Sequence record: MZ436830.1
DNA: 64,000 nt
Source: Escherichia phage JK1
Reading direction: 5' to 3' (one strand)
Shown: one piece after another, positions 53,877 to 62,840 of the stretch
How positions within the stretch are numbered: the first letter of the stretch is position 1
Layout of the letters: the number at the start of each line of letters is the position of its first letter
The notes under the pieces: generated by a model
The model's database searches: none
Told to the model about the DNA's origin: nothing
What the model saw: the letters and a program-made list of their open reading frames with translations, nothing else
Position numbers and translations under genes: made by a program

Positions 53877-54662
53877 ATGGCAATTGTAGGTGTTCCTGGC
53901 TGGATTGGTGAATCTGCCGTGAATGAAACTGGACAACGTTGGATGGATGCTGCAATGAGAGCAGTCCGTGTTTCAGTTCCCGGTTGGATGAGCTCAATGG
54001 CCGGACAATCTAAAGAAGTATATTATAGCATTGGTGCTAGTAATTCTTATAATAAAGATACATTAATAAACTGGATAAAAGCACAAGGGTCCACGCCTGT
54101 TGTTATTACTATTACAGGAAATATTGTTTCTCAATCTACTGGTGTTCCATGCTTAGATTTTCCTAGCTCATTAACTAATGCATACGTGACACTTAATATC
54201 AATTCAGGCGTGCATGTTTGGGGCCGTGGCGGGAATGGCGGAAATAACTCTGCCGGTGGAGCAGGAGGAACTGCAATAAATAATGGAATTGGAACTAGAT
54301 TGCGTATTAACAACAATGGTGTTATCGCAGGAGGCGGTGGCGGCGGTGGAGGCGGATATTATTCTCCTTTTTCACAAATGAAATTGACTTTTGGCGGTGG
54401 CGGCGGTCGTCCATTTGGTGCTGCTGGCGGGTCTGCTAATATGGAACAGGGCGCTACTGCTGGTACTATTTCTGCACCTGGTAAAGGGTCTGTCAATGGT
54501 ATCTATAATGGCGGGAATGGCGGTGATGCTGGTGCCGCAGGTGGTAAATGTAATATTCGTGGGCAAGGATCAGAATATAACGGCGGTGCGGCCGGTAAAG
54601 CTGTTACTGGTAATGCTCCAACTTGGACTAAGGTTGGTACAATATATGGTTCAAGAGTATAA
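53877..54662 (+). CDS. 38: Receptor-recognising tail fiber adhesin gp38 (T2/T6 type)
   Basis: 261 aa; poly-glycine motifs (GGGGGGGGGYY, GGGGGRPFG, NGGNGGDAG) separating variable segments. Confidence 0.85.
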   Translation: MAIVGVPGWIGESAVNETGQRWMDAAMRAVRVSVPGWMSSMAGQSKEVYYSIGASNSYNKDTLINWIKAQGSTPVVITITGNIVSQSTGVPCLDFPSSLTNAYVTLNINSGVHVWGRGGNGGNNSAGGAGGTAINNGIGTRLRINNNGVIAGGGGGGGGGYYSPFSQMKLTFGGGGGRPFGAAGGSANMEQGATAGTISAPGKGSVNGIYNGGNGGDAGAAGGKCNIRGQGSEYNGGAAGKAVTGNAPTWTKVGTIYGSRV

Positions 54663-54694
54663 TTTTTGAATAAATATCCTTAAAAGGAGGGTCT

Positions 54695-55351
54695 ATGGCA
54701 GCACCTAGAATATCATTTTCGCCCTCTGATATTCTATTTGGTGTTCTAGATCGCTTGTTCAAAGATAACGCTACCGGGAAAGTTCTTGCTTCCCGGGTAG
54801 CTGTCGTAATTCTTTTATTTATGATGGCGATTGTTTGGTATAGGGGAGATAGTTTCTTTGAGTACTATAAGCAATCAAAGTATGAAACATACAGTGAAAT
54901 TATTGAAAAGGAAAGAAATGCACGCTTTGAATCTGTCGCCCTGGAACAACTCCAGATAGTTCATATATCATCTGAGGCAGACTTTAGTGCGGTGTATTCT
55001 TTCCGCCCTAAAAACTTAAACTATTTTGTTGATATTATAGCATACGAAGGAAGATTACCTTCAACAATAACTGAAAAATCACTTGGAGGATATCCTGTTG
55101 ATAAAACTATGGATGAATATATAGTTCATTTAAATGGACGTCATTATTATTCTGACTCAAAATTTGCTTTTTTACCAACTAAAAAGCCTACTCCCGAAAT
55201 AAACTACATGTACAGTTGTCCATATTTTAATTTGGATAATATCTATGCTGGAACGATAACCATGTACTGGTATAGAAATGATCATATAAGTAATGACCGC
55301 CTTGAATCAATATGTGCTCAGGCGGCCAGAATATTAGGAAGGGCTAAATAA
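54695..55351 (+). CDS. t: Holin T
   Basis: 218 aa; single N-terminal TM segment (VVILLFMMAIVWY) with large periplasmic domain; AAAGGAGG RBS. Confidence 0.9.
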   Translation: MAAPRISFSPSDILFGVLDRLFKDNATGKVLASRVAVVILLFMMAIVWYRGDSFFEYYKQSKYETYSEIIEKERNARFESVALEQLQIVHISSEADFSAVYSFRPKNLNYFVDIIAYEGRLPSTITEKSLGGYPVDKTMDEYIVHLNGRHYYSDSKFAFLPTKKPTPEINYMYSCPYFNLDNIYAGTITMYWYRNDHISNDRLESICAQAARILGRAK

Positions 55352-55624
55352 TTATTTGTTCGTATACATCTCTAGATATCGATATACACCCTCAAAACCC
55401 TCGTTGAATTCGTCGATGAGGGTTTTCTTATCTTCTTGAGTTAATTCAGAAACAATTTTACGGAATGAATTCTGATTTAATTTTCTACCTTCATGCGTTA
55501 CTCCAATCTCATTCAGAAATGCAATAAAATTAGCACGATTCTCAACAATATCTTCTCTGGAAAATTTAATCAAAATAGATGCAACAGTAATAATTTCACG
55601 AACTGTATCAATGTTTTTATTCAT
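55352..55624 (-). CDS. asiA: Anti-sigma-70 factor AsiA
   Basis: 90 aa; matches remembered T4 AsiA. Confidence 0.9.
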   Translation of the reverse strand: MNKNIDTVREIITVASILIKFSREDIVENRANFIAFLNEIGVTHEGRKLNQNSFRKIVSELTQEDKKTLIDEFNEGFEGVYRYLEMYTNK

Positions 55625-55636
55625 TAACTATACCAC

Positions 55637-55789
55637 TCAATTAGTTGACTTTATTATAATATCATCAGACGCTTGATTTGTAAACTGGTCTGTGTTATTT
55701 TCTTCAAAAATTTTTTCTACGAATTCCTTGAACGACTCACGTTCCTGAGCTACATTATGCTCGATTACCTTTTCAAGATTATGACTCAT
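55637..55789 (-). CDS. Small hypothetical protein (50 aa)
   Basis: Not in ORF track; ATGA-coupled to upstream ORF stop. Confidence 0.4.
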   Translation of the reverse strand: MSHNLEKVIEHNVAQERESFKEFVEKIFEENNTDQFTNQASDDIIIKSTN

Positions 55790-56064
55790 TCGAAATAATC
55801 TTCAATTTCATAATCATGGACATAAATCATTATAGTTTTTAATACATCATCGATACTTTTTCCTGGAGCTGGAATTACGTAAAAATACCCTGCTTTTGAG
55901 AGGTCTTTATAAGTTCCAATCAAGAAATCATTATTCTCGAGATGTAGTTCTTCAACTAATTCATTAACAATTGAGTGGTATAAATTTGGTAGAAACTTAT
56001 ATAGCTTTTCTAGAATATCAATTTTGATTGTGTATTGAACCACGGACTGAGAATCAATAATCAT
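55786..56064 (-). CDS. Acidic protein (92 aa), possible Arn-like anti-restriction DNA mimic
   Basis: Size and net acidity; assignment by position only. Confidence 0.5.
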   Translation of the reverse strand: MIIDSQSVVQYTIKIDILEKLYKFLPNLYHSIVNELVEELHLENNDFLIGTYKDLSKAGYFYVIPAPGKSIDDVLKTIMIYVHDYEIEDYFE

Positions 56065-56147
56065 AGACCTTCCCCTTATGTTTCTGTTTGCGATTAGATT
56101 CTTTAAACGCTTTCTTCTTATCCTTATGAACAGAAGCTTTATTAAAA

Positions 56148-56366
56148 TTATGTTTTGCGACTAAATTGTTCATAGTGCTGAATTACCTCTCTTAAACATT
56201 TGCATGTGAATGAAAACTTTTTAGCTACACCACATTCAAATATATGTTCTCTTAAATCGCGTGTATCAGTATATCCCATCTCAACAATAAAATGCCGTAT
56301 TAGATTTTTATCTTTATCATTGAGAGAGTTAAAATAGTCAGATTTTGAATTAATTTCCCTGGCCAA
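56148..56366 (-). CDS. Hypothetical protein (72 aa)
   Basis: ORF. Confidence 0.55.
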   Translation of the reverse strand: MAREINSKSDYFNSLNDKDKNLIRHFIVEMGYTDTRDLREHIFECGVAKKFSFTCKCLREVIQHYEQFSRKT

Positions 56367-56646
56367 ATTGAATCACCTTCAGTTGACGTTTTAACTCTTT
56401 TATCATTTCTTCGTTCATCGCAATATAAAGATCGCGTAAAGCAGGTTTTAGCATGTCATTTATTATAGAACTAAATGGGCATACATAATCTTTTCCTACA
56501 AGCTTTTTGGTGAATTCCATATCACAGAACTTAAATCCCGGCTCATTGGTATAAATTCCCCAATTAGTTGACATCATTTTATTAGCATATTCCAGTGCCT
56601 GGATTTGATTCATAATTCCATCGATTTGAAACTTTTTAATATTCAT
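56350..56646 (-). CDS. Hypothetical protein (98 aa)
   Basis: ORF. Confidence 0.6.
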   Translation of the reverse strand: MNIKKFQIDGIMNQIQALEYANKMMSTNWGIYTNEPGFKFCDMEFTKKLVGKDYVCPFSSIINDMLKPALRDLYIAMNEEMIKELKRQLKVIQFGQGN

Positions 56647-57107
56647 TAGTAAAGGTCCTCAGAGTAAAGTTCTTTTTCACTACCACCACGTTCAATACGT
56701 ACTTGTCCAGCGTAAGTTGCAATAATCATTGCTTCTTCACGTGTCCAATAATTACTATATTGGTCAATAAACCCTTGGTCATCATCACAAACTTGTTGAG
56801 TAACTAATTGAGGTTTAACTACATCTAAAACTTCTGCCATATCTTTAGAATAATGACGAGCACCTGGAATAATAAGAGTTCGTCCATCTTTTAATTTAAA
56901 ACGGTTGGCTGCACAGACAATTCGTCGTTGATACTTTTGGTTTTCATCCCAGTACGCAGTCTGCCAACAGATTTCAGGAACTTCTTTCAGAATATCTTCT
57001 TCTGTGCATTTATAACCATGTGCTTTAAATTTTTGAACAAGACTTTCTGGAGTCTCACGAGATAAAGGAACATTCAACATTTTTAAACGATTAATAAATG
57101 GGTTCAT
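56646..57107 (-). CDS. Hypothetical protein (153 aa)
   Basis: ORF, ATGA coupling to downstream ORF. Confidence 0.6.
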   Translation of the reverse strand: MNPFINRLKMLNVPLSRETPESLVQKFKAHGYKCTEEDILKEVPEICWQTAYWDENQKYQRRIVCAANRFKLKDGRTLIIPGARHYSKDMAEVLDVVKPQLVTQQVCDDDQGFIDQYSNYWTREEAMIIATYAGQVRIERGGSEKELYSEDLY

Positions 57108-57433
57108 TTAAACCATCCTTTAATACGTTGCCACAAAGTTTTCTGCTGAGCTTTGTTAACACCAATTGAACGAATAACTGGTTGAGATTCCTGGAATTCT
57201 TTATAATCAGCAAGGTAAATTTCGTAAGCTGCATCCGTAAATGAACTTATCGCTGCCATAAAATTATTGCGAATACCTACTGGAGCATCTTTACTTTCAC
57301 GAATAATCATGTATTTACCAGTCTTAATCTTTACGATAGTTCCAAGATAAGCTCCATGGTACCAAATATCCCAACCCTCTTGAGTAGGTTCTGCACAACG
57401 ACGAAGTTCATTGACAATTTCTAACTTGTTCAT
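57104..57433 (-). CDS. Hypothetical protein (109 aa)
   Basis: ORF directly downstream of motA. Confidence 0.6.
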   Translation of the reverse strand: MNKLEIVNELRRCAEPTQEGWDIWYHGAYLGTIVKIKTGKYMIIRESKDAPVGIRNNFMAAISSFTDAAYEIYLADYKEFQESQPVIRSIGVNKAQQKTLWQRIKGWFK

Positions 57434-57443
57434 TATTTATTCC

Positions 57444-58079
57444 TCACAGTTCAGATGCTACAGTGATTACTGCTTCAATGTTTTCTACTGAGCGTTTAAT
57501 GTCAAGATACACATTACCGTTTTTAGCGATTTTACATGACATTCCGATGTCAGTAAATTTCTGAATATGATGTTCCATCATTTTGTATCCAAAAATTCGC
57601 ATATTTCCATTGTTGTTAATTTCAAAATTACGAATTCCGTGAGTGCGTTTTTCTAAAATAGCAAGATAGTTACTGCGATAAGTTTCAACCTTTTTAAGAA
57701 CAAATCCATTTTCATCCAAAAGTTTTAACATGAGGTCTTTATCTTCTTCCATATCAGAAGTAATCTCGCGAGCTTTACGAGTTGCTCGTTTTTTCAGCAG
57801 TTCCGGAGCATTTTCCTGTGCGTATAAAGTTGCTGCGTTTGAAATAATATCCTGAGCTTCACCTGTAATGATTAATCCATCACCAGATTTCTCCACCAGG
57901 CCCTTTTTAATCAATACCCCAATATTACTATTAACTACTGCGTTACCTAAATCTGGATGCACCTCACGAACTTCTGCAGCTGTAATGAAATCTTTCTTAG
58001 CAATAGTAATTAAAATCGCAGCAGTTTTTTCATTCAGAACATCGTTAGAAGCTTTGATGATGTAAGTTACTTTAGACAT
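57444..58079 (-). CDS. motA: Middle-promoter transcription activator MotA
   Basis: 211 aa; matches remembered T4 MotA; early promoter upstream. Confidence 0.9.
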   Translation of the reverse strand: MSKVTYIIKASNDVLNEKTAAILITIAKKDFITAAEVREVHPDLGNAVVNSNIGVLIKKGLVEKSGDGLIITGEAQDIISNAATLYAQENAPELLKKRATRKAREITSDMEEDKDLMLKLLDENGFVLKKVETYRSNYLAILEKRTHGIRNFEINNNGNMRIFGYKMMEHHIQKFTDIGMSCKIAKNGNVYLDIKRSVENIEAVITVASEL

Positions 58080-58120
58080 TTTCTAATCTCCGTAATTCTG
58101 TATCAGTAGTTGATAGTTGT

Positions 58121-58150
58121 ATAGTACCACAGTATGCTTTGGTTGTAAAC
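58121..58150 (-). promoter_or_regulatory. Early promoter of motA (repeated cassette member)
   Basis: GTTTAC (58145-58150) -N18- TACTAT (58121-58126). Confidence 0.5.
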
Positions 58151-58160
58151 CGTTTTGTGA

Positions 58161-58201
58161 AAAAATTTTAAAATAAAAAAAGGGAGAGCCTCGGCTCTCC
58201 C
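58161..58201 (-). terminator. Intrinsic terminator between gene 52 unit and motA promoter
   Basis: GGGAGAGC-CGAG-GCUCUCCC hairpin followed by UUUUUUUAUUUU on - strand. Confidence 0.6.
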
Positions 58202-58206
58202 TAAAA

Positions 58207-58356
58207 TTACTGCATGACTGTGATAACTGTCATGATAACACGTTGAATTCCGAACGCAAGAAGACCTCCTGCTATGGCTGGAACAACGCCTAAACCCGCC
58301 AGTAAAATGCTACCAGATACTAATGCAGCGCTTGTAATACCAATGAATGGACTCAT
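58207..58356 (-). CDS. Small hydrophobic membrane peptide (49 aa)
   Basis: Not in ORF track; ATGA-coupled to gene 52 stop; followed by hairpin terminator. Confidence 0.5.
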   Translation of the reverse strand: MSPFIGITSAALVSGSILLAGLGVVPAIAGGLLAFGIQRVIMTVITVMQ

Positions 58357-59681
58357 TTGATTTCCTCTAAATCTTTGGTGTATTCGGTAACTACATCAGT
58401 AGTTTTCCAATATTCGTTTTCTTCTTTTTTAGCTTTAGCTTCTTCAGCAAGTTTCTTTGCTTCGTCGGAAGTCATATGAAAAATATTCATTCCAACTAGT
58501 TTATCAACATAAGAAGAATACATATCGATTTTCGAAAGTTCTTCGGTCAGTTCTTTACGAGTTTTACCCTGTACAACAATTTCACCTGAAATTACTTTCT
58601 TAATGAAATGTGCCTTGGCAAAGGCTAAACGAAAAGCTGACTCAGTTTCTTTAATTTTGTTATCAATTCGTTTTTGGACATAAGTTTTACGAACTTCGAC
58701 GAAGTCTTTGATTAAATCAACTACGTTATCGTAAACTTGCAGTTTTCCTTTCTCATTAATAACCGTAATATTCTGAGAACGACGCTCAATCAACCCGAAG
58801 TCTTTCATAATTTTTGCATGGCGTTCTTCTTCATTATCGCTCAAAGAATATTCTTTGCGGAATTTAACTTTAAAGCCGAAGCCGTGCTCACCACAAGCAT
58901 CATCCCATGTAATGAAGCCTTTATCTTCAAGCGGGTCTAAGATTTTACTCACATAAGTTTCACGATCATACTTATACGGAATCTCAGTGATATGCATTTG
59001 AGTTCGTGAAGTAAACTTATATGTTCCACGAATTTCATATTGCCCATCAATTTCAACGACTTCACCACGAAATTCTGGGAATTCTACTTTCGGTTTAGTT
59101 ACTTTCTTTCCTTGAAGAGCTTGCAGTACAGCTTTCTTAACAGAAGAAACGCTATGAGGAAGAATGTAAGTTGCATAACCAGTTGCAATACCGGAAACGC
59201 CATTAAGAAGAACAGTAGGAATAATAGGCAAATAGAAAGCAGGCGGAATGTGTTCTTTATCTTGATGTACTGGAGCATATTCAGTATCTTTATATACGTT
59301 ATAGAAATTTTTACTTACACGAGCAAAAATATAACGACTTGCTGCTGCTTTTTGAACGGTACGAGAACCAAAGTTTCCTTGACCATCTAACAAAGGAAAG
59401 TTATTATTCCAAGTATTAGCCATCAAAGCTCCCGCATCTTGTGCAGAGTTTTCGCCATGGTGATATCCAAGGTCCGCTACACCGCCTGCAATAGAAGCGA
59501 GTTTGTGAAACTTATCTTTATTTCCTCGTGCCAAATCAAGAGCTCGAGCAATAACAAATCGTTGAACTGGCTTAAATCCATCAATCATATTTGGGATAGC
59601 ACGATTTTCAACCGTGTACATAGCATAAGCCAATGCTTCATTATCAATGATACTTTTTAAATCGCGATTATTCAGTTGCAT
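58353..59681 (-). CDS. 52: DNA topoisomerase II medium subunit gp52
   Basis: 442 aa; GyrA-like N-terminal region; synteny. Confidence 0.9.
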   Translation of the reverse strand: MQLNNRDLKSIIDNEALAYAMYTVENRAIPNMIDGFKPVQRFVIARALDLARGNKDKFHKLASIAGGVADLGYHHGENSAQDAGALMANTWNNNFPLLDGQGNFGSRTVQKAAASRYIFARVSKNFYNVYKDTEYAPVHQDKEHIPPAFYLPIIPTVLLNGVSGIATGYATYILPHSVSSVKKAVLQALQGKKVTKPKVEFPEFRGEVVEIDGQYEIRGTYKFTSRTQMHITEIPYKYDRETYVSKILDPLEDKGFITWDDACGEHGFGFKVKFRKEYSLSDNEEERHAKIMKDFGLIERRSQNITVINEKGKLQVYDNVVDLIKDFVEVRKTYVQKRIDNKIKETESAFRLAFAKAHFIKKVISGEIVVQGKTRKELTEELSKIDMYSSYVDKLVGMNIFHMTSDEAKKLAEEAKAKKEENEYWKTTDVVTEYTKDLEEIK

Positions 59682-59685
59682 AAAT

Positions 59686-59826
59686 TTACCATACTAGTGA
59701 ATGTAGTGCCATAATAACATCAGAAATGAAAAGCACGACTTGAATTAATCCGAACATTACTCCATAATATAGTGCTACCAATAAAGCAGCAAGGGCTAAT
59801 GAATAGCCCAAGATTTTCTTAATCAT
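59686..59826 (-). CDS. Small hydrophobic membrane peptide (46 aa)
   Basis: Not in ORF track; MIKKILGYSLALAALLVALYYGVMFGLIQVV... Confidence 0.45.
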   Translation of the reverse strand: MIKKILGYSLALAALLVALYYGVMFGLIQVVLFISDVIMALHSLVW

Positions 59827-59977
59827 TAGTAGATAACAACACAAATGTTAAATATGCACACATACCCTGGGCTAAAGCTTGTGAAAACACACTGCTGGCA
59901 TCGATACAGATAGTTAAAACACATGCTACTATCCAACAAATAAATGAAATAACTCCTAATAATTTTGCGATATTCAT
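59819..59977 (-). CDS. Small membrane protein (52 aa), Ac-like
   Basis: ATG 59977 (MNIAKLLGVISFICWIVACVL...); size and position match T4 ac, identity unverified. Confidence 0.5.
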   Translation of the reverse strand: MNIAKLLGVISFICWIVACVLTICIDASSVFSQALAQGMCAYLTFVLLSTND

Positions 59978-59987
59978 AATATTCTCC

Positions 59988-60143
59988 TCAACTATTTTTA
60001 GAACCAATGTACGCGAATAATGATAAAATCGCTAATACGCCCTGAGCTGATGCTTGCAAAAATACTGAAGTTTCTCCAGTTATTACTGTTCCGATGCATA
60101 AAAAGAACCAACAGAAAAAGGCTATACCGTGAACAAATTTCAT
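59988..60143 (-). CDS. Small membrane protein (51 aa), paralog of adjacent Ac-like ORF
   Basis: Not in ORF track; shares ...VF.QA.AQG... core with neighbour. Confidence 0.45.
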   Translation of the reverse strand: MKFVHGIAFFCWFFLCIGTVITGETSVFLQASAQGVLAILSLFAYIGSKNS

Positions 60144-60150
60144 ATTTTCC

Positions 60151-60231
60151 TCACTGGCGTCCGAAGACGCCTTTGGTTTTAAGATTGTTACGATAGAACT
60201 GCATCACATGTTCGTTATAGAAATTACTCAT
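60151..60231 (-). CDS. stp: Stp peptide (26 aa)
   Basis: Not in ORF track; translation [26 protein letters not shown] matches remembered T4 Stp apart from one residue. Confidence 0.7.
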   Translation of the reverse strand: MSNFYNEHVMQFYRNNLKTKGVFGRQ

Positions 60232-60686
60232 TAATATGCCTGCAAAACAAATTTAAAGTTATCAGCCAACATACGATTCATTTCTTCAAGTGTTTGATAC
60301 TCAGAATGATGATTACGAGTAAACGCTAAAGCTAACTGTCCTTTTCCAAATCCCGTCGTCAGAGGTTTCATCTTAGAAGCAGGCAGATAAAATACTGTGT
60401 ATGGAACATTGTTATTTGCAATAGTACGTGCAAGCTGAGACCGACGTTGACGAATATGACTTAGAACTGCACTGAATCCTTGCTTAGAACGCTGATTACC
60501 TACATAAAATCGTGCTGACACACATGGATTACTAAATGGACCACCGAGTTTACTCACTAAAAAGTAAAATCCAGGTTTAGATAAAATATCTTTATGCGGA
60601 GTTCCCAAAAACCACTCACCACCCTTGATTGTACCAATAACAGTAGCGCCTGCGTTGTTCAGATCAGTAACAGTCATGTATTTCAT
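60231..60686 (-). CDS. ndd: Nucleoid disruption protein Ndd
   Basis: 151 aa from ATG 60686 ([11 protein letters not shown]...). Confidence 0.85.
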   Translation of the reverse strand: MKYMTVTDLNNAGATVIGTIKGGEWFLGTPHKDILSKPGFYFLVSKLGGPFSNPCVSARFYVGNQRSKQGFSAVLSHIRQRRSQLARTIANNNVPYTVFYLPASKMKPLTTGFGKGQLALAFTRNHHSEYQTLEEMNRMLADNFKFVLQAY

Positions 60687-60746
60687 ATTAATTTCCTCTA
60701 AATTATTTTCTACTCCAAGGCCGCATGAATACACGCGGCCATTAAA

Positions 60747-60962
60747 TTAATCGTCGCAGTCGACGCTCAATTCCCAAAACTCTTCTACGGTATAAGTTTC
60801 AGTATCATTTTCAATATAGAAACGTTCATTACTGTTATTTGCTAAAGTAGCATTAACTGTCGGTTTCTCGCTAGTGCTCTTAAGAGGTGAAATACGAATT
60901 AACTGATCACCGTTATCTAAACAGAAAATTTCACCAACTTTTACATCTTTAAAGATTTTCAT
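60747..60962 (-). CDS. Hypothetical protein (71 aa)
   Basis: ORF with GAGGTG RBS. Confidence 0.55.
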   Translation of the reverse strand: MKIFKDVKVGEIFCLDNGDQLIRISPLKSTSEKPTVNATLANNSNERFYIENDTETYTVEEFWELSVDCDD

Positions 60963-60970
60963 AATTCACC

Positions 60971-61078
60971 TCAAGGAGTATAAAATCCGAATGCAGTTGT
61001 TGACCATCCCATCCAATATGGAAAATTTGCACCAATGTAAAACATAAGAATATAAAACCAAATGTTTAGTAAATTCAT
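60971..61078 (-). CDS. Small hydrophobic peptide (35 aa)
   Basis: Not in ORF track; aromatic/hydrophobic; coupled to upstream stop. Confidence 0.35.
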   Translation of the reverse strand: MNLLNIWFYILMFYIGANFPYWMGWSTTAFGFYTP

Positions 61079-61275
61079 CATTTTACACCATTCCAAATTG
61101 TTTCAACTACGGATTTTAAACCATTTTGATGAATATCCATTCCGACTACTGCCATCAAATAGATTCCAACTACAACTGAACCTAAGGCAAAAATCAGCAT
61201 GAAAATGAATAAAGCCGGAAAAATATTATCGAAAAACCATTCAATAAATGTAAAAGCACTGCGTTTACGCTTCAT
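61078..61275 (-). CDS. Small membrane protein (65 aa)
   Basis: ATG 61275 with GAGGAAAAT RBS; two predicted TM segments. Confidence 0.5.
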   Translation of the reverse strand: MKRKRSAFTFIEWFFDNIFPALFIFMLIFALGSVVVGIYLMAVVGMDIHQNGLKSVVETIWNGVK

Positions 61276-61282
61276 ATTTTCC

Positions 61283-61396
61283 TCACATAAATCCAAAGTA
61301 AACGTTTAATACATCAATCATTAAAACGATTGGGAATATACTCAAAACTATTAGTATTATAACTACATTCCATATAGCTTTAATAATCTTTTTCAT
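61283..61396 (-). CDS. Small membrane peptide (37 aa)
   Basis: ATG 61396 after GGAGG leader; single TM helix. Confidence 0.45.
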   Translation of the reverse strand: MKKIIKAIWNVVIILIVLSIFPIVLMIDVLNVYFGFM

Positions 61397-61424
61397 TTTC
61401 TGTTCCTCCGTAGTTGATAGGGTA

Positions 61425-61454
61425 ATAGTACCACGGAAGAACAGTCTTGTAAAC
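61425..61454 (-). promoter_or_regulatory. Early promoter (repeated cassette member)
   Basis: GTTTAC (61449-61454) -N18- TACTAT (61425-61430), leader CAACUACGGAGG. Confidence 0.45.
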
Positions 61455-61639
61455 AACTTTTTTAAAAATATTCGTAATAAATGTGAATACCAACTACTAC
61501 CGCTGAAACCTGTGCAACCCACCACGCACAAGCAATAAGTACAGAATTCAAAATTTTCATAATAACCTCATCACAAAAGTAAATGTTAAACAAATTAATG
61601 GAATACTAATTAACCAAACAAAACACCACCATAATGAAC

Positions 61640-61903
61640 TCATAGTTCAATCTCAATGATTTCCAGGTGTTTTTGTTTTATTGCCTTTTTAACACAATCA
61701 TGGACTAAATATGACCATGAATCATTATATTCTCCATTAACTAATCGTTGGAGATCTTCACGTGATGATAAGTAAGGTTGATCTGATTCCCATTTTGATA
61801 AAAATACTGCAGTAAAAATATCTCCTTCACCTGTAGTTGAAGTCGTAAATGCAATAAATTCACCGGTAATTTTATGTTTAGCGTAATAAAATTTAAATTT
61901 CAT
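61640..61903 (-). CDS. Hypothetical protein (87 aa)
   Basis: ATG 61903 after GGAGGAG leader (ORF-track start further upstream lacks RBS). Confidence 0.55.
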   Translation of the reverse strand: MKFKFYYAKHKITGEFIAFTTSTTGEGDIFTAVFLSKWESDQPYLSSREDLQRLVNGEYNDSWSYLVHDCVKKAIKQKHLEIIEIEL

Positions 61904-61930
61904 TTTTACTCCTCCGTAGCTGATAGTTGT

Positions 61931-61960
61931 ATAGTACCACGGTCCTTGTGGTATGTAAAC
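61931..61960 (-). promoter_or_regulatory. Early promoter (repeated cassette member)
   Basis: GTTTAC (61955-61960) -N18- TACTAT (61931-61936), leader CAGCUACGGAGGAG. Confidence 0.45.
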
Positions 61961-61980
61961 CATTTTGTGAAATTTTTTTT

Positions 61981-62538
61981 TTAAATGGAAAGATACCATC
62001 CGTTGTAGTTGCTTTTTCTTACAACCTTACGAAGGTCTTCTCTGTCACCGATGAACTTCGGAGTGTACTGGATGACACCTGGATGAATTTCTTTAGTGTT
62101 GAATATAATTATACAGTCAGCGACTTGATGATTTAGAATGGGCCCTAGATTTATTCCAGAACCGTATGGATACTCTCCGCTGCATCCTGTTGTTACAGAA
62201 ATCCAACGTGAGTCAGTTTGATGTGTCTTAACTTCTACACGAAGCCCGCAGTATCTTGGATGCGCCAATACATCCCATGCGTATGTATACGGGTCATTAA
62301 CATCCTCTTGGCCTTTGTTAACATACCCGCTTAGCCAATCTGCTACAAAAAACTCTGCGTACACAGCGATACGACATCTTTCAATAACTTCTGCTTTATC
62401 CTGGTTCGGGTTTTGTTTTAAAGAGTATCTTGCTGTATCAGCAATTTTGACCTTCATTTCACTAGTCAAGTCACTGTTCGATAGGGTAAATGTCGGAATC
62501 TGAAATAGTCTCTGTAAACCCGGATTCGTTTTCTGCAT
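61981..62538 (-). CDS. denB: Endonuclease IV candidate
   Basis: 185 aa, size and position (between ndd cluster and rIIB) match T4 denB; AAGGAAAG RBS. Confidence 0.65.
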   Translation of the reverse strand: MQKTNPGLQRLFQIPTFTLSNSDLTSEMKVKIADTARYSLKQNPNQDKAEVIERCRIAVYAEFFVADWLSGYVNKGQEDVNDPYTYAWDVLAHPRYCGLRVEVKTHQTDSRWISVTTGCSGEYPYGSGINLGPILNHQVADCIIIFNTKEIHPGVIQYTPKFIGDREDLRKVVRKSNYNGWYLSI

Positions 62539-62800
62539 TTAGACTTTCCTTTTTACCACTGAGATAGGCGTTATATACTTTAAGAGTGCCATAATAAATT
62601 CGGTCATTTTCATCTAAAGACTCGCGGTCAAGTTCATCGAGCTCCTTTTTATCCATGACTATAACATCATTACAGTAAAGAAACCCAAGTTTTTCGTGAC
62701 CAAACTCAAATTTATTACAGTACACAATATTAGCGTGATGATTTCCGTGCAGTTTAATCTCTTTTATGTCGGAATCACCGATATTCATACAATAAATCAT
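62471..62800 (-). CDS. Hypothetical protein (109 aa)
   Basis: ORF; 3' end overlaps next gene by 68 nt. Confidence 0.5.
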   Translation of the reverse strand: MIYCMNIGDSDIKEIKLHGNHHANIVYCNKFEFGHEKLGFLYCNDVIVMDKKELDELDRESLDENDRIYYGTLKVYNAYLSGKKESLNAENESGFTETISDSDIYPIEQ

Positions 62801-62810
62801 AATTTTTCCT

Positions 62811-62840
62811 TAAAACAAAAGGGCCGAAGCCCTTTATTTT
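62811..62840. terminator. Bidirectional-looking hairpin terminator
   Basis: AAAAGGGCCGAAGCCCUUUAUUUU: stem-loop flanked by A and U runs. Confidence 0.5.

Noticed and set aside
54335-54412. GGN-rich nucleotide repeats as a non-coding repeat or CRISPR-like array
   Set aside because: They lie inside gene 38 and encode the poly-glycine motifs; no spacer-repeat periodicity
54131-54669. ORFs overlapping gene 38 (61, 64, 92 aa)
   Set aside because: Artefacts of the GC-rich glycine codon runs of gene 38 read in other frames
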